Shown here piece by piece: positions 19,951 through 29,384 of a stretch of DNA of 59,566 bases. Position 1 is the first letter of the stretch; the number at the start of each line of letters is the position of its first letter. The translations under genes and the position numbers were made by a program. The notes under the pieces were generated by a model, which worked only from the letters and a program-made list of their open reading frames with translations, ran no database searches and had not been told where the DNA came from. Origin of the DNA: a virus (taxonomy: Duplodnaviria > Caudoviricetes); the IMG/VR virus record IMGVR_UViG_3300046796_000573, positions 1 through 59,566 of that record; one strand, given 5' to 3'.

Positions 19951-20300
19951 TCCTCGACGTCATCGCGCCGGAGGACTGCGGGGCCAAGCTGATCGACGTG
20001 CAGCTCGAGGACCCCGACGCGAAGCCGCGCGCGCACCAGCCGATCGTCATCGGCATCACGTACGACCGCTGCACCACGGGCATCGTGCTGCCGCTGATCG
20101 TGACGGTGACGTCGGGCACGTCGCAGGAGAGCTTCGTGCGGCGCATCTACCGCAGGGTGGCGCCGTCGGTGTTCGTCTTCACGCCGCGCGAGGGCGGCCG
20201 CCACCTGGTGCGCGTGGCTGAGTGCTACCATCAGCGGTGGCAGGGCGTGCTCCGCTTGGACGTCGCCGGTGACCGACTGCAGAAGGGAACGATCGGATGA
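19947..20300 (+). CDS. Hypothetical protein (Ig-like)
   Basis: FTPREGGRH.V motif; ATGA coupling. Confidence 0.55.
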   Translation: MILDVIAPEDCGAKLIDVQLEDPDAKPRAHQPIVIGITYDRCTTGIVLPLIVTVTSGTSQESFVRRIYRRVAPSVFVFTPREGGRHLVRVAECYHQRWQGVLRLDVAGDRLQKGTIG

Positions 20301-21055
20301 GCAGGGGCACAGCGCGCTTCAGCTGCGACGGCAACGCCAGCGCCAACCGCGGCTACATCGTGCCGGACGTGAACACGCCGGTGAGCATGCGCCTCGAGGA
20401 CGCGGGCACCGACATCACCAAGGTGCAGTTTTCGCTCGTGCGCACCAGCAAGAGCGCCGAAAACGATCCGCCTGCATTCACCCCAAGCGACGGCATCGCG
20501 GTGCCGGCCAGCGGCATCGTGCAGATCCAAGGCACCGATGTGTCGCCTGCGCCGCAGGCGTGGATGGTCCGGTGCGTTGCGAACAACGGCCAGCTCCCCG
20601 ATGGCTCGCCGTTCGCCGACTACACCTTCGATCGGCTGCTGGTGGTGCCCACCACGCTGACGCGCCTGCGTGCGACCGTCGCGCTCGAGACCGCCGAGTA
20701 CGACCCCGTCTATGGATGGGCCGCTGTGCTCGAGCAGATCGCCACCGCGTTCGAGGCGGAACGCACCGGCCTGGGCAGCAGCTTCAGCTCGGGCACGCCG
20801 GTGCTCACCGGCTTCAACGTGGCGAACATCACCACGATCAGCGGCACGGTGTCGGCCGTCACGCTGCCGCAGGCGAGCACCTGGGGCAGCGACTGGCTGG
20901 GCATCCAGAAGAGCAACATCGCAGGCGCGGTCACCATCAACGCGCACGCCGGAGACACCATCAACGGCGCGGCCACCTACTCGCTCACCGGTGCCTACGG
21001 TGGCGTGCTCTTCCGATCCTACGGCGGCACCGTGGTGCTGACGGCGGTCAAGTGA
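20297..21055 (+). CDS. Hypothetical tail protein
   Basis: C-term VTLPQAS...GDTINGAATYSL motif seen in fibre proteins. Confidence 0.6.
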   Translation: MSRGTARFSCDGNASANRGYIVPDVNTPVSMRLEDAGTDITKVQFSLVRTSKSAENDPPAFTPSDGIAVPASGIVQIQGTDVSPAPQAWMVRCVANNGQLPDGSPFADYTFDRLLVVPTTLTRLRATVALETAEYDPVYGWAAVLEQIATAFEAERTGLGSSFSSGTPVLTGFNVANITTISGTVSAVTLPQASTWGSDWLGIQKSNIAGAVTINAHAGDTINGAATYSLTGAYGGVLFRSYGGTVVLTAVK

Positions 21056-21330
21056 GTACCGCGGTCCCGACGAAGTGTGCCTGCGGCACGTGCTGGCGCT
21101 GCGAGCTCGAGGTCGTCCGCGAGTGGAGGCGCACCCACCGCCGGCAGGGGGCGAACATCTTCACCGGCTACCGCGCGCGCTTCGCCCCGGACACGGGCAC
21201 CATCCCCGCGCTGCGCAAGGTGGCGAACGAGATCAGCTCGAAGACGGGCCTGCCGCCGAACGACGTGCTGGACCTGCTGGCCGACGGCCGCGAGCCCACC
21301 GACCTGGCCCCGAAGCTGCGCCTGGCCTGA
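21052..21330 (+). CDS. Small Cys-motif (CxCxxCxxC) protein
   Basis: GTGA coupling; KCACGTCWRC. Confidence 0.55.
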   Translation: MSTAVPTKCACGTCWRCELEVVREWRRTHRRQGANIFTGYRARFAPDTGTIPALRKVANEISSKTGLPPNDVLDLLADGREPTDLAPKLRLA

Positions 21331-21371
21331 CGTATCTCGCGGCCAGGGCCGCCTGCGGCTAGCCTGCGGCC

Positions 21372-23228
21372 ATGACCACCAAGGTGCAGGCGAAGGCGAC
21401 CGCCACCAAGCAGGAGATGCTGAAGACGCTTCAGGCGATCTCCAATCGGGTCGACAACTCCCCCAAGCTGCTCACCGGGCAGCTCCACCTGTACTTCGAC
21501 GGTGACTCGATCACCGCGGGGCAGTCGTTGTCGGCCGGCCAGTCGTGGCCGGTGGCGGTGGCCGCGCGCGTGCGCGGTGGCGCCACGTACCACCACAACG
21601 ACGGCGCGCCGTCGGCGCTCACCGAGGACCTGATCGCCGAGTACCCCACGCACACGCGGGTGAAGTTCGATCCGACGGTGCCCAACGCCTACATCCTGAT
21701 GATCGGCGTCAACAACTTGAACGGCCCGCAGAGCGACAGCGCGGCCACGCTCTACGGCAAGCTGCTCACGCTGTGCAAGCTCGCCAAGAACGATGGCCAC
21801 ACCGTCTTCATCTGCGAGGTCTGGCCCTCCACGGTGATCACCGCTGGTGAGGAAACGCAGCGCCTGCTGCTGAACGACACCTACCTGCCGCAGCTGGTGG
21901 CCGCAGGTGCGGCGGACGTGATCTTGCGCGGCAGGGAGTGCCCGGAAACGCAGAACCCGTCGAACACGGTCATGTTCCCCGACGGCCTGCACCCCAGCGC
22001 CACGCTCTGCTCGATCTGGGGCGCGTTCGTCGCAGGCAAAGTGAACGACTACTACGGCGGGTTCGAGGCGAACGCTTCGGTGATCACCAGCGGTCACGAC
22101 CTCGGCTACCAGTGCGTGCAGGAGGTCCGCGCGGACCAGGGCATGACGCTCGCCGGGCTGGACATCACCACGTGGGCCGACATCTCGGGCAACGGCAATG
22201 ACTGGGGCGACTCCACCGGCGTGGCCAACCTGCCCGGCAGCAAGCCGAGCCTCATCCTCGACGACGGCGACGGCCTGCCGTGCGTCGACTTCGACGCCAC
22301 CCACGGCAACGGCGAGGCGTTCATCCTGAACAAGGCGACGCTCAGGACCACGGGCCCGTACCACGTGATGATGCTGATCAAGCCCAACGACACGAACAAC
22401 GGCATCGTCTGGGCGCAGTCGGACACCACCTCGTTCGGCACCAAGCAGATCACGCTCCAGATCGACAACGCGAACCCGCCCTTCGTCTCGTACACCCACA
22501 CGTTCGACAACGGCGTGAACTGGACGGTGGGCGATCCCGACAGCCCGCTCGTGCGCTTTCCGCCGACCATCACGAAGACGGCGTGGCACCTGCTCGAGAT
22601 GATCGACGACGGCACGCGCCTGCGGATCATCGTGGACGACAAGGAGTGCATGAACCTGCTCTCGACGGCCACGACGAACACCGCGCTGACCAACGTGCGC
22701 CAGGCGCTCGGCGCGAGTTGGACGTCGGTGGGCATCTTCAGCGCGAAGACGTTCAAGCTCCGCCACATGACGCAGCACAACGGCGTGCTCCCGTGGGCCA
22801 AGCGACGCGACCTGCGGAACTTCATGCTCTCCGAGTGGTCGCCGCGCTTCGCGGAGATCAGCACCGACCAGGCCATCGCAGGCACGGGCGCGTTCGTCGA
22901 CCTGGCCAACCTGTCGCTCGCGGTCACCATCACCAAGCAGACCACGCTCGAGGCGGTGCTCAACGCCAGCGGCTCCACGCTGGTGGGCGCGGCGACACTT
23001 CAGATCGTGGTGGACCAGGTCACGCCCGGCGTGTTCGTGGCGAAGCGTGGCCTCACCATTCCAGCGGCCGCAGCCGGCGGTGGTGCGGTCAAGGCGCGCA
23101 TCCAGGTGGGCCCTGGCACCTACACGTTCAAGGTGCAGCAGAAGAGCGCCGGTGGCTCCACGTTGCAGATTCGTCCGGCCACGCAGATCGGCGAGAGCGC
23201 CTCCCTGTCGGTGCGCGCGGCAGCGTGA
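21372..23228 (+). CDS. SGNH/GDSL esterase plus LamG-like domain, probable tail/receptor-binding protein
   Basis: GDSIT (block I), IGVNN (block III), DGLHP (block V); ITTWADISGNGN and WHLL LamG-like motifs. Confidence 0.8.
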   Translation: MTTKVQAKATATKQEMLKTLQAISNRVDNSPKLLTGQLHLYFDGDSITAGQSLSAGQSWPVAVAARVRGGATYHHNDGAPSALTEDLIAEYPTHTRVKFDPTVPNAYILMIGVNNLNGPQSDSAATLYGKLLTLCKLAKNDGHTVFICEVWPSTVITAGEETQRLLLNDTYLPQLVAAGAADVILRGRECPETQNPSNTVMFPDGLHPSATLCSIWGAFVAGKVNDYYGGFEANASVITSGHDLGYQCVQEVRADQGMTLAGLDITTWADISGNGNDWGDSTGVANLPGSKPSLILDDGDGLPCVDFDATHGNGEAFILNKATLRTTGPYHVMMLIKPNDTNNGIVWAQSDTTSFGTKQITLQIDNANPPFVSYTHTFDNGVNWTVGDPDSPLVRFPPTITKTAWHLLEMIDDGTRLRIIVDDKECMNLLSTATTNTALTNVRQALGASWTSVGIFSAKTFKLRHMTQHNGVLPWAKRRDLRNFMLSEWSPRFAEISTDQAIAGTGAFVDLANLSLAVTITKQTTLEAVLNASGSTLVGAATLQIVVDQVTPGVFVAKRGLTIPAAAAGGGAVKARIQVGPGTYTFKVQQKSAGGSTLQIRPATQIGESASLSVRAAA

Positions 23229-23245
23229 TGCGGTAGCCTCGGGCC

Positions 23246-23848
23246 ATGGCCGAGGACAAGCCCACCACCGTCGAGATGCAGCGGACGCTCGTGATGCCGG
23301 CGGAGCTGCCGAAGCCGCTGCCCGAGTTCATGATGCGCGACCTGCCACCTGACGAGCTGGCCGCTGCACTCAAGCAGATCAAGGCAGGCACCTACGAGCT
23401 GCCCACGCCCAACGCGGATAAGCTGCGGGACGACTACAACGCGCTGGTCGAGCAGGCACAGGCCGGCGGATGGAAGGTGGTCGTCAACGGCGAGCCGTTC
23501 GAGGCGCCTGCGCCGGTGCTCGAGCTCGCGCAGGCGGACGAAGCGACGGCCCCCATGGTGGCCGGCGAAGGGTCACCCGACCTGGCCAAGACCGGCGAGG
23601 CACCCGTCGCGGAAGTGCTCGGGCGGCCCGAGAACCACGAGCCCGGCGTGCAGCTGCCCACCGTGGACGCCACCACCGGCGAACCCGTGCCACCGGCCAA
23701 GGAGCTCGGCGACTTCCACGAGGGCCAGCCTGGCGCACCGCTCGAGCAGCCTGCACCGGTGGCCGACACGCCCGACACGCTGGTGGCGGACGGCCCCACC
23801 GCCGACACCGAGCCGCCTGCGCCGCCGTCCACTCCTCCCGCAACGTGA
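23246..23848 (+). CDS. Acidic Pro-rich, probably disordered protein
   Basis: 200 aa, high-GC3 frame. Confidence 0.65.
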   Translation: MAEDKPTTVEMQRTLVMPAELPKPLPEFMMRDLPPDELAAALKQIKAGTYELPTPNADKLRDDYNALVEQAQAGGWKVVVNGEPFEAPAPVLELAQADEATAPMVAGEGSPDLAKTGEAPVAEVLGRPENHEPGVQLPTVDATTGEPVPPAKELGDFHEGQPGAPLEQPAPVADTPDTLVADGPTADTEPPAPPSTPPAT

Positions 23849-23898
23849 CGCGCGCTGCGTCTTGCGGTCCGGGCGCGGAGCCTGCAAAGATCTACCGC

Positions 23899-24138
23899 AT
23901 GACCACCGCGGCACCTCAGGCGGCACCGGCGACTCTTCCCCCCCGGTCGTTCCGTGCGTCGCTCTCCGCGGCGGTCAACCTCTCCGACGCCGAGCGTGCG
24001 CGCCTCCAGCGCCTGCACCTTGGCGCCCGTCGCGTGATGAACCCGCAGGCGGCCAGCGCGCTCGAGCTGCTCGCCCAGGTGCAGGCCGAAGCGAGCCGCG
24101 TGCTCGACGAGCCGCGCAGGCGCAAGGCCAGCAAGTAA
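23899..24138 (+). CDS. Hypothetical protein
   Basis: ATG 23899, fills gap, phage-like codon use. Confidence 0.5.
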   Translation: MTTAAPQAAPATLPPRSFRASLSAAVNLSDAERARLQRLHLGARRVMNPQAASALELLAQVQAEASRVLDEPRRRKASK

Positions 24139-24175
24139 CGACGACGCGCGCACTCGCACGAGTAAAGTGTGAGGC

Positions 24176-24517
24176 GTGGACGACGACGAGACGCCGACGC
24201 CGCCTTCGTGGTTCCTGCCCCGCACGTACCGCGAGGAGTGTCGGAAGTTCGCGAACCGCCTGGACACCGTGGCGCTGGTGAGCGCGAAGCGGCTGGACCT
24301 GCTGGACTTCTCTCGCGCGCGCCGCGCTGGTGAGATCGCCCACGAGCTGCGGCGCCTGGCGCGCATCTTCGACGGGTGGGACGACCTGCCGCCCGAGCAG
24401 GTGGCACGCGAGAGCACGGCCCACGTGCCTGCGATGTGCGAGCTGCTGCGCGAGGCGCTGGCCATGCTCCAGGCGATGCCGTCGCACCCGACGCTCGGGC
24501 CGGTGCGTGGGAAGTGA
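24176..24517 (+). CDS. Hypothetical protein
   Basis: GTG preceded by TAAAGT-N7. Confidence 0.55.
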   Translation: MDDDETPTPPSWFLPRTYREECRKFANRLDTVALVSAKRLDLLDFSRARRAGEIAHELRRLARIFDGWDDLPPEQVARESTAHVPAMCELLREALAMLQAMPSHPTLGPVRGK

Positions 24518-24616
24518 TCCCTAGGCGATCACCTGATCGCTGAGCGATCACCTTGGCCGTCGGTGGAGGCCTCGACGAACGTCGGCGCTGCCGGCGGCAC
24601 ACGATACCCTTGCGTC

Positions 24617-25051
24617 ATGCCTCCCCGTGGCCGTTACCCCAGCGATCCGCGCACCGACCTCGACGAGCTCGATCCCGGCAAGCGCTCGATCACGCCCATC
24701 CAGATGGAGGCGACGGACCTGGGCAGGATCCTCACGGAGCACACGGTGCTGCGCAACGCGGTCGCCGAGCTGCGCACGCGGATGGACACCTACGAGCGGG
24801 CCAAGGAGGACGCGATGGCCGCCGAGCTCGAGGCCGCACGCGACAAGGTGGCCGCGTGGGAGGCGGACGATCGCAAGCGCAAGCGCGAGGAGGCCGAGGC
24901 CGCAGCTGCGGAGAAGAAGCGCCAGGACGACCAGGCCAAGCAGGACGAGCGCGATCGCGCCAAGGAGCGCCGGCAGATCTACGCCTCGATCATGCTGCTG
25001 GTGCTGGGCACGCTCGCGGGCGCTCTCGCCACGTGGCTGCTGAAGCGGTAG
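24617..25051 (+). CDS. Coiled-coil protein with C-terminal TM helix (holin-like)
   Basis: IYASIMLLVLGTLAGALATWLLKR C-terminus. Confidence 0.55.
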   Translation: MPPRGRYPSDPRTDLDELDPGKRSITPIQMEATDLGRILTEHTVLRNAVAELRTRMDTYERAKEDAMAAELEAARDKVAAWEADDRKRKREEAEAAAAEKKRQDDQAKQDERDRAKERRQIYASIMLLVLGTLAGALATWLLKR

Positions 25052-25060
25052 CCTGGGCGC

Positions 25061-25507
25061 ATGCTCGATCGGCTGCTCAACTCCACGCTCTCGTTGCTGG
25101 GCGGCGCTGCCGCTGTGGTGATCCTGCTCGCGCTCGCCTACCTGGCCTGGGGCCTGATCTCCGGCGTGTACCTGACCGTCTTCGACAAGCGCCTGCCGCA
25201 CACCGATGACGAATGGGCGGCGCTCTTCCAGCGATCGCCACGCACCGCGGCGCTGGTGGGCCTGGCGAAGACGGCCGGCTGGAACCTGCCCGGCATCGTG
25301 CGCGCGCTGAAGGCCTTCTTCGGTGGTGGGTTCCCACCCGCGATCAAGGCGCTCATCTTGGGCAGGGGCCTCGGCTCGAGCGGCGACGTCAAGGAGACCG
25401 TGCGCGTGGTCGGTGTCGAGCTCGAGCGCCAGGTGGTCACCACGATCAAGGCAGGCGCCAAGGACCCACCGCCCGATCCGCCGGCCAGCCCACCGGAGGC
25501 AGCGTGA
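25061..25507 (+). CDS. Membrane protein (holin or i-spanin candidate)
   Basis: N-terminal hydrophobic helix. Confidence 0.55.
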   Translation: MLDRLLNSTLSLLGGAAAVVILLALAYLAWGLISGVYLTVFDKRLPHTDDEWAALFQRSPRTAALVGLAKTAGWNLPGIVRALKAFFGGGFPPAIKALILGRGLGSSGDVKETVRVVGVELERQVVTTIKAGAKDPPPDPPASPPEAA

Positions 25508-25929
25508 AGCCGGCGCTGCTGCTCCTGGCGTGCCTGCTGGCGGCCCTGCTGCTGGGGTGCGGCGCAGGTGCCCTGGACCCTGCCATCGCCAGCGTGAACG
25601 GCAGCCACGACGCCCTGGTGCAGAGCCACGACGCCCTGGAGGCCATCCACAAGCAGGCGCGCGACAAGGCGCTCGACGGGGCCACCAGCGAGGCCGACGC
25701 CCGTGCCCAGACCGACGCCGTGCAGAAGCGCTTCAAGGGCGCGTGGGACGCCTACGACGCCGCCCGGGCCGACTGGCTGGCCACCCGGGCCGCGATCGCC
25801 TCGGTGCAGGCCGCCCAGGCCGCCGGCAAGGCGCCCGACCTGCCGCGGATTGCCACGCTGCTGGCCACCATGGCGAGCGCCTGGGACGCCTTCCAGGCGG
25901 CAGTGGAAGCCACCCGCGCCGCGCGGTAG
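25504..25929 (+). CDS. Lipoprotein (spanin candidate)
   Basis: Signal peptide with lipobox LLGC; helical mature part. Confidence 0.6.
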   Translation: MKPALLLLACLLAALLLGCGAGALDPAIASVNGSHDALVQSHDALEAIHKQARDKALDGATSEADARAQTDAVQKRFKGAWDAYDAARADWLATRAAIASVQAAQAAGKAPDLPRIATLLATMASAWDAFQAAVEATRAAR

Positions 25930-25938
25930 CCTGCGGGC

Positions 25939-26163
25939 ATGGCAGTCACCGCGACCGACGCTCTCCGCGTAGCTGAGATCCTGCGCCAGGCGGCCCCGTT
26001 CGGGGAGGCCCTGTTCAAGGACGTGTATCAGGCGTTCCAGACGCACCACCCGGACCTCGTGCCCGCGCAGCTGCCGGAGCGCTCCGACACCGCGATCGCG
26101 GCCGAGACCGACCGCCTGATCCGCGAGCGCTTCCCCGCGCCGGCCTCCGTCCCGCCCAAGTAG
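25939..26163 (+). CDS. Hypothetical protein
   Basis: TAGCCT-N6-ATG. Confidence 0.55.
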   Translation: MAVTATDALRVAEILRQAAPFGEALFKDVYQAFQTHHPDLVPAQLPERSDTAIAAETDRLIRERFPAPASVPPK

Positions 26164-26240
26164 CGCAGCGCGACGCCCGAATAGGCGGGCAGGTTGGGCC
26201 CTGGTTTTTCCGCGATCCATCTTGCGGTAGAACCCTGGCC

Positions 26241-26732
26241 ATGTCGCTCGCCAAGTTCTTCCTCATCGCGATGGTGCTGTGGGTGCCGCCACGCTTCCAG
26301 CCGGAGGGCGAGGCCGCTGCGCTCGAGCGCTACGAGGCGATCGCGGCCGACGTCGCCGAGGTAGTCGAGCGCGACGACGAGCCAGCGGTCGACGGCAGCC
26401 CGGCGCTGACGGGCCTGGTGGTGCTGTCGATGGCGGCCGACGAGAGCGCGTTCGCGCAGCGCGTGGACGAGGGCCACTGCCTCCCCAAGGAGTGCGACCA
26501 CGGGCGCGCGGCCACCATGTGGCAGATACACGCGGACTGCGGCCTGGCGTTCGACGGTGTCGGCTGGAGGTACGACTGCTCCGAGGGCTTTCGCAACGCG
26601 GACCTCGTGGCGGATCGGAAGCGCACGATCAGGATGGTTCTCCACATCCGGCGCGGCACGCATGACCACCGCTGGGACGGGCCGAAGCGCCGGCAGCGCG
26701 CGGCCACCTTCGAAGCCACGCACCCGCGCTAG
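26241..26732 (+). CDS. Exported lytic transglycosylase/lysozyme-like protein
   Basis: N-term hydrophobic segment; MAADESAF (catalytic ES-like) and DHGRAATMWQI motifs. Confidence 0.55.
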   Translation: MSLAKFFLIAMVLWVPPRFQPEGEAAALERYEAIAADVAEVVERDDEPAVDGSPALTGLVVLSMAADESAFAQRVDEGHCLPKECDHGRAATMWQIHADCGLAFDGVGWRYDCSEGFRNADLVADRKRTIRMVLHIRRGTHDHRWDGPKRRQRAATFEATHPR

Positions 26733-26742
26733 ACTCCGGGGC

Positions 26743-28065
26743 ATGGCCCAGTTCCCGATCTACCTGACCGCCGTCGAAGACATCGTCGAGAGCCCCGCTG
26801 GGCGCTATCGCTTCGCGCCAGGCAAGCGGTGCAATCGCCTCCCGCTCGTCGACAAGCAGACCGGCCTGCGGGCCCGCGTCGATTACGACACGCTCCTCGC
26901 CTACGCCAAGAAGGTGGGCGCCGTGCTGCGCACGCCCGACGACGAGAAACTGATCGCGGAGCAGGCGTTCTGGATTCGCCCGAACGTCACGCGCGAGACG
27001 CCGGAGGAGCGGGCCCAGCGCATCAAGGAAGGGCGCGGCGACGCGTACCAGCTCGAGCGCATGGCGACGATCGAATGGGCCAAGCGCGCGGACGACTTCG
27101 CCGTGTCGCAGCTCGAGCACTGGGACGGCGACAAGCCGATCTACAACTGGGGCAAGCACTGGGTCAGCGAGGACAACGCGCACCACGCGCCGGGCGCCAC
27201 GCAGTCCTTCAACGAAGGGTGGGACGACAACGCCGACCCCAAGGTCACGCACCTGATCCAGAACGTCGGCGGGATGCACAACCGCAGGCACGTCGACTAC
27301 TCGCAGGTGGGCGACCTGGTGTGGCTGGAGGATCTCCCCAGCGACCCGACTTTGCCGCAGGAGCTGGCGCTCGCGCCCGACCTATCGCTCTCGCGCATCG
27401 TCGCCGCCGGGCTGGACTGCGCCGAGCGCGCCCTGGTGGACATGTGGGACCGCGTGCAGCAGGCCGCCTCTGCACCACCACCGCCGAAGCCCAGCCCCCT
27501 GGTGGCGACCACCACCGGCGGCGAGCTGCCGTGCATCACGTCGTGGCGCCCGTCGCCGCACTTCCGACCGACGCCGGCAGGCGTGCACCGCGACGTCTGG
27601 AACGTGGTCGTGCACACCGCGCAGTGCTCGGAGGCGGCCACCGCAGCGGAGGGCCTGGGCGCATTCTTCCAGGCACCGGGGACGGGCGTCTCGGCGCACG
27701 CATCCGGCGACAACGACTCGATCGTGCAGAGCGTCCACCTGAATGACGTGGCCTGGGCAGCGCCGCCGCTCAACGACCACGGCGTGCACTTCGAGTTCGC
27801 CGGCTACGCGGAGCAGACCGTCGCGCAATGGGACGACGCGTTCTCGCGCGCGCAGCTGGCGCTCGCTGCCAAGTTCTTCCGCCAGGTGTGCGACCGCTAC
27901 AGCCTGCCGATCGCGTTCGTCGATGCTGCGGGCCTGCGCCGTGGCGAGAAGGGCATCACCACGCACGTCTGCGTCAGCGATGCCTTCCACCAGTCGAACC
28001 ACCGTGACCCGGGTGCCAGCTTCCCCATGGAGCGCTTCCTCGAGCTCGTGCGCGCCGCAGGCTAA
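26743..28065 (+). CDS. Endolysin: unknown N-terminal domain plus N-acetylmuramoyl-L-alanine amidase (Amidase_2)
   Basis: VVVHTA, VSAH, AWAA..N..GVHFEF, ITTH, HRDPG zinc-amidase motifs. Confidence 0.85.
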   Translation: MAQFPIYLTAVEDIVESPAGRYRFAPGKRCNRLPLVDKQTGLRARVDYDTLLAYAKKVGAVLRTPDDEKLIAEQAFWIRPNVTRETPEERAQRIKEGRGDAYQLERMATIEWAKRADDFAVSQLEHWDGDKPIYNWGKHWVSEDNAHHAPGATQSFNEGWDDNADPKVTHLIQNVGGMHNRRHVDYSQVGDLVWLEDLPSDPTLPQELALAPDLSLSRIVAAGLDCAERALVDMWDRVQQAASAPPPPKPSPLVATTTGGELPCITSWRPSPHFRPTPAGVHRDVWNVVVHTAQCSEAATAAEGLGAFFQAPGTGVSAHASGDNDSIVQSVHLNDVAWAAPPLNDHGVHFEFAGYAEQTVAQWDDAFSRAQLALAAKFFRQVCDRYSLPIAFVDAAGLRRGEKGITTHVCVSDAFHQSNHRDPGASFPMERFLELVRAAG

Positions 28066-28119
28066 GGCGGGGCACGTTGCCACGTTGCCCATGCGCGGGA
28101 CGCGGCTCACGCTCCAGGC

Positions 28120-28293
28120 ATGAACATCTCCATCAGCTCCCTGCTGCTCGCGATCCTGGGCGCGCTCGTGTTCATCCTGGCGGACAAGGCGCCCAAGGCG
28201 GTGGAGCTGGGGCGGCTGACGTTCGCGGTCGCGCTGCTGGCCGCCCTGCTCCACGCTTCTTGGGACGTCGCGATCCACCTGGGCTCACACTGA
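28120..28293 (+). CDS. 57-aa two-TM protein (holin candidate), below ORF-track cutoff
   Basis: MNISISSLLLAILGALVFILADKAPKAVELGRLTFAVALLAALLHASW... Confidence 0.6.
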   Translation: MNISISSLLLAILGALVFILADKAPKAVELGRLTFAVALLAALLHASWDVAIHLGSH

Positions 28294-28593
28294 GTCGAGC
28301 ACCGGGCGCGCACCGGCGAACGCGCGGATGGGCAGGCGGATGATGTCCGTCTGGAGGTACATCGTCGGCAGCTCGCGCCACAACTGCACACGCACCCCGA
28401 AGCGCCGCACGCTGGCGGCCGCCTCGGGCTTGCCGCTGTCGCGGCCGATCACCTGCACGACGCGCCCCTCCACCGCCCACAGGTGGCGCTCGCCGGCAAG
28501 CTGCGCCACCACCGCGGACAGGAACGCGTTGGACTGCGTGAGCAGGTGCTCCTCCTCGGGCGTCCAGCCGCACCACGCGGGGCCCAGCTTCAT
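28285..28593 (-). CDS. Hypothetical protein
   Basis: Last gene of the leftward operon; coupled start. Confidence 0.5.
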   Translation of the reverse strand: MKLGPAWCGWTPEEEHLLTQSNAFLSAVVAQLAGERHLWAVEGRVVQVIGRDSGKPEAAASVRRFGVRVQLWRELPTMYLQTDIIRLPIRAFAGARPVLDSV

Positions 28594-29384
28594 GGTCGCC
28601 CCGTACGCTCGATCTCGAGCTCGACGTCGCGCACCAGGTCGAGGAGCACCTGGCGCAGGTCGGCGAGGCGCGTCTTCGGCTGGTCCAGCGCCTTGCGCAC
28701 CGCGCACGCGAACGTCACGCCGTTCTGCACCGCGTCTTCACGCGCGCAATCGGTGTGCTCGGTGCACACGGCCTTCCGCAGGTACTGCCGCCGATCGTCC
28801 CGCCACGCCAGCCACTGCGCCAGGCGGTACATCAGCCGCACGGTGTAGCCCGAGGTGGCGCCGTAGCGCGCGCACACGGCACGCTCCGCTTCCTGCCGGT
28901 ACGCGGTCATGCGGTGGCAGGGCCGATTGCTGCCGGTCGAGTACCACCGCGTGATCACCCGCGACGCGATCGCGAGCTCCTCCTGCCTCACGCGCGGCCC
29001 GCGCTCTCGCCGTTCAAGCGCAACTGCCGTCGCAGCGCTACGCCGTGGCGTTGGCCGGTGGACGACCCACCGGCCGGTCGCCGTCGCGTACACCTGACCC
29101 AGGACTGGCTGAACGGCTTCGTCGAGCGCTCGCTCATGGCGGATGCGTGGTGGCCCAGCCAGCTGGAGCGGTGCAGGCACGCCACCGAGCATCAGCACCG
29201 GCAGCTCCTGGCCCTCGCGTGCGCCGGCCAGCGCCATGCCCACCGGCACCTCGTCGGCCCACCAGCCAGCGTTCACGGGTACCGGTGAGGGCGGTGCAGC
29301 GAGCCACTGCTTCGGCTCGCTGGCTGCCACACGCGCAGCGCCGCACCCCATGCACTCGCACCCATCGGCGTGCGGCGTGCTCAC
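28590..29384 (-). CDS. Hypothetical protein
   Basis: GTGA coupling; CECMGC motif. Confidence 0.5.
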   Translation of the reverse strand: MSTPHADGCECMGCGAARVAASEPKQWLAAPPSPVPVNAGWWADEVPVGMALAGAREGQELPVLMLGGVPAPLQLAGPPRIRHERALDEAVQPVLGQVYATATGRWVVHRPTPRRSAATAVALERRERGPRVRQEELAIASRVITRWYSTGSNRPCHRMTAYRQEAERAVCARYGATSGYTVRLMYRLAQWLAWRDDRRQYLRKAVCTEHTDCAREDAVQNGVTFACAVRKALDQPKTRLADLRQVLLDLVRDVELEIERTGRP

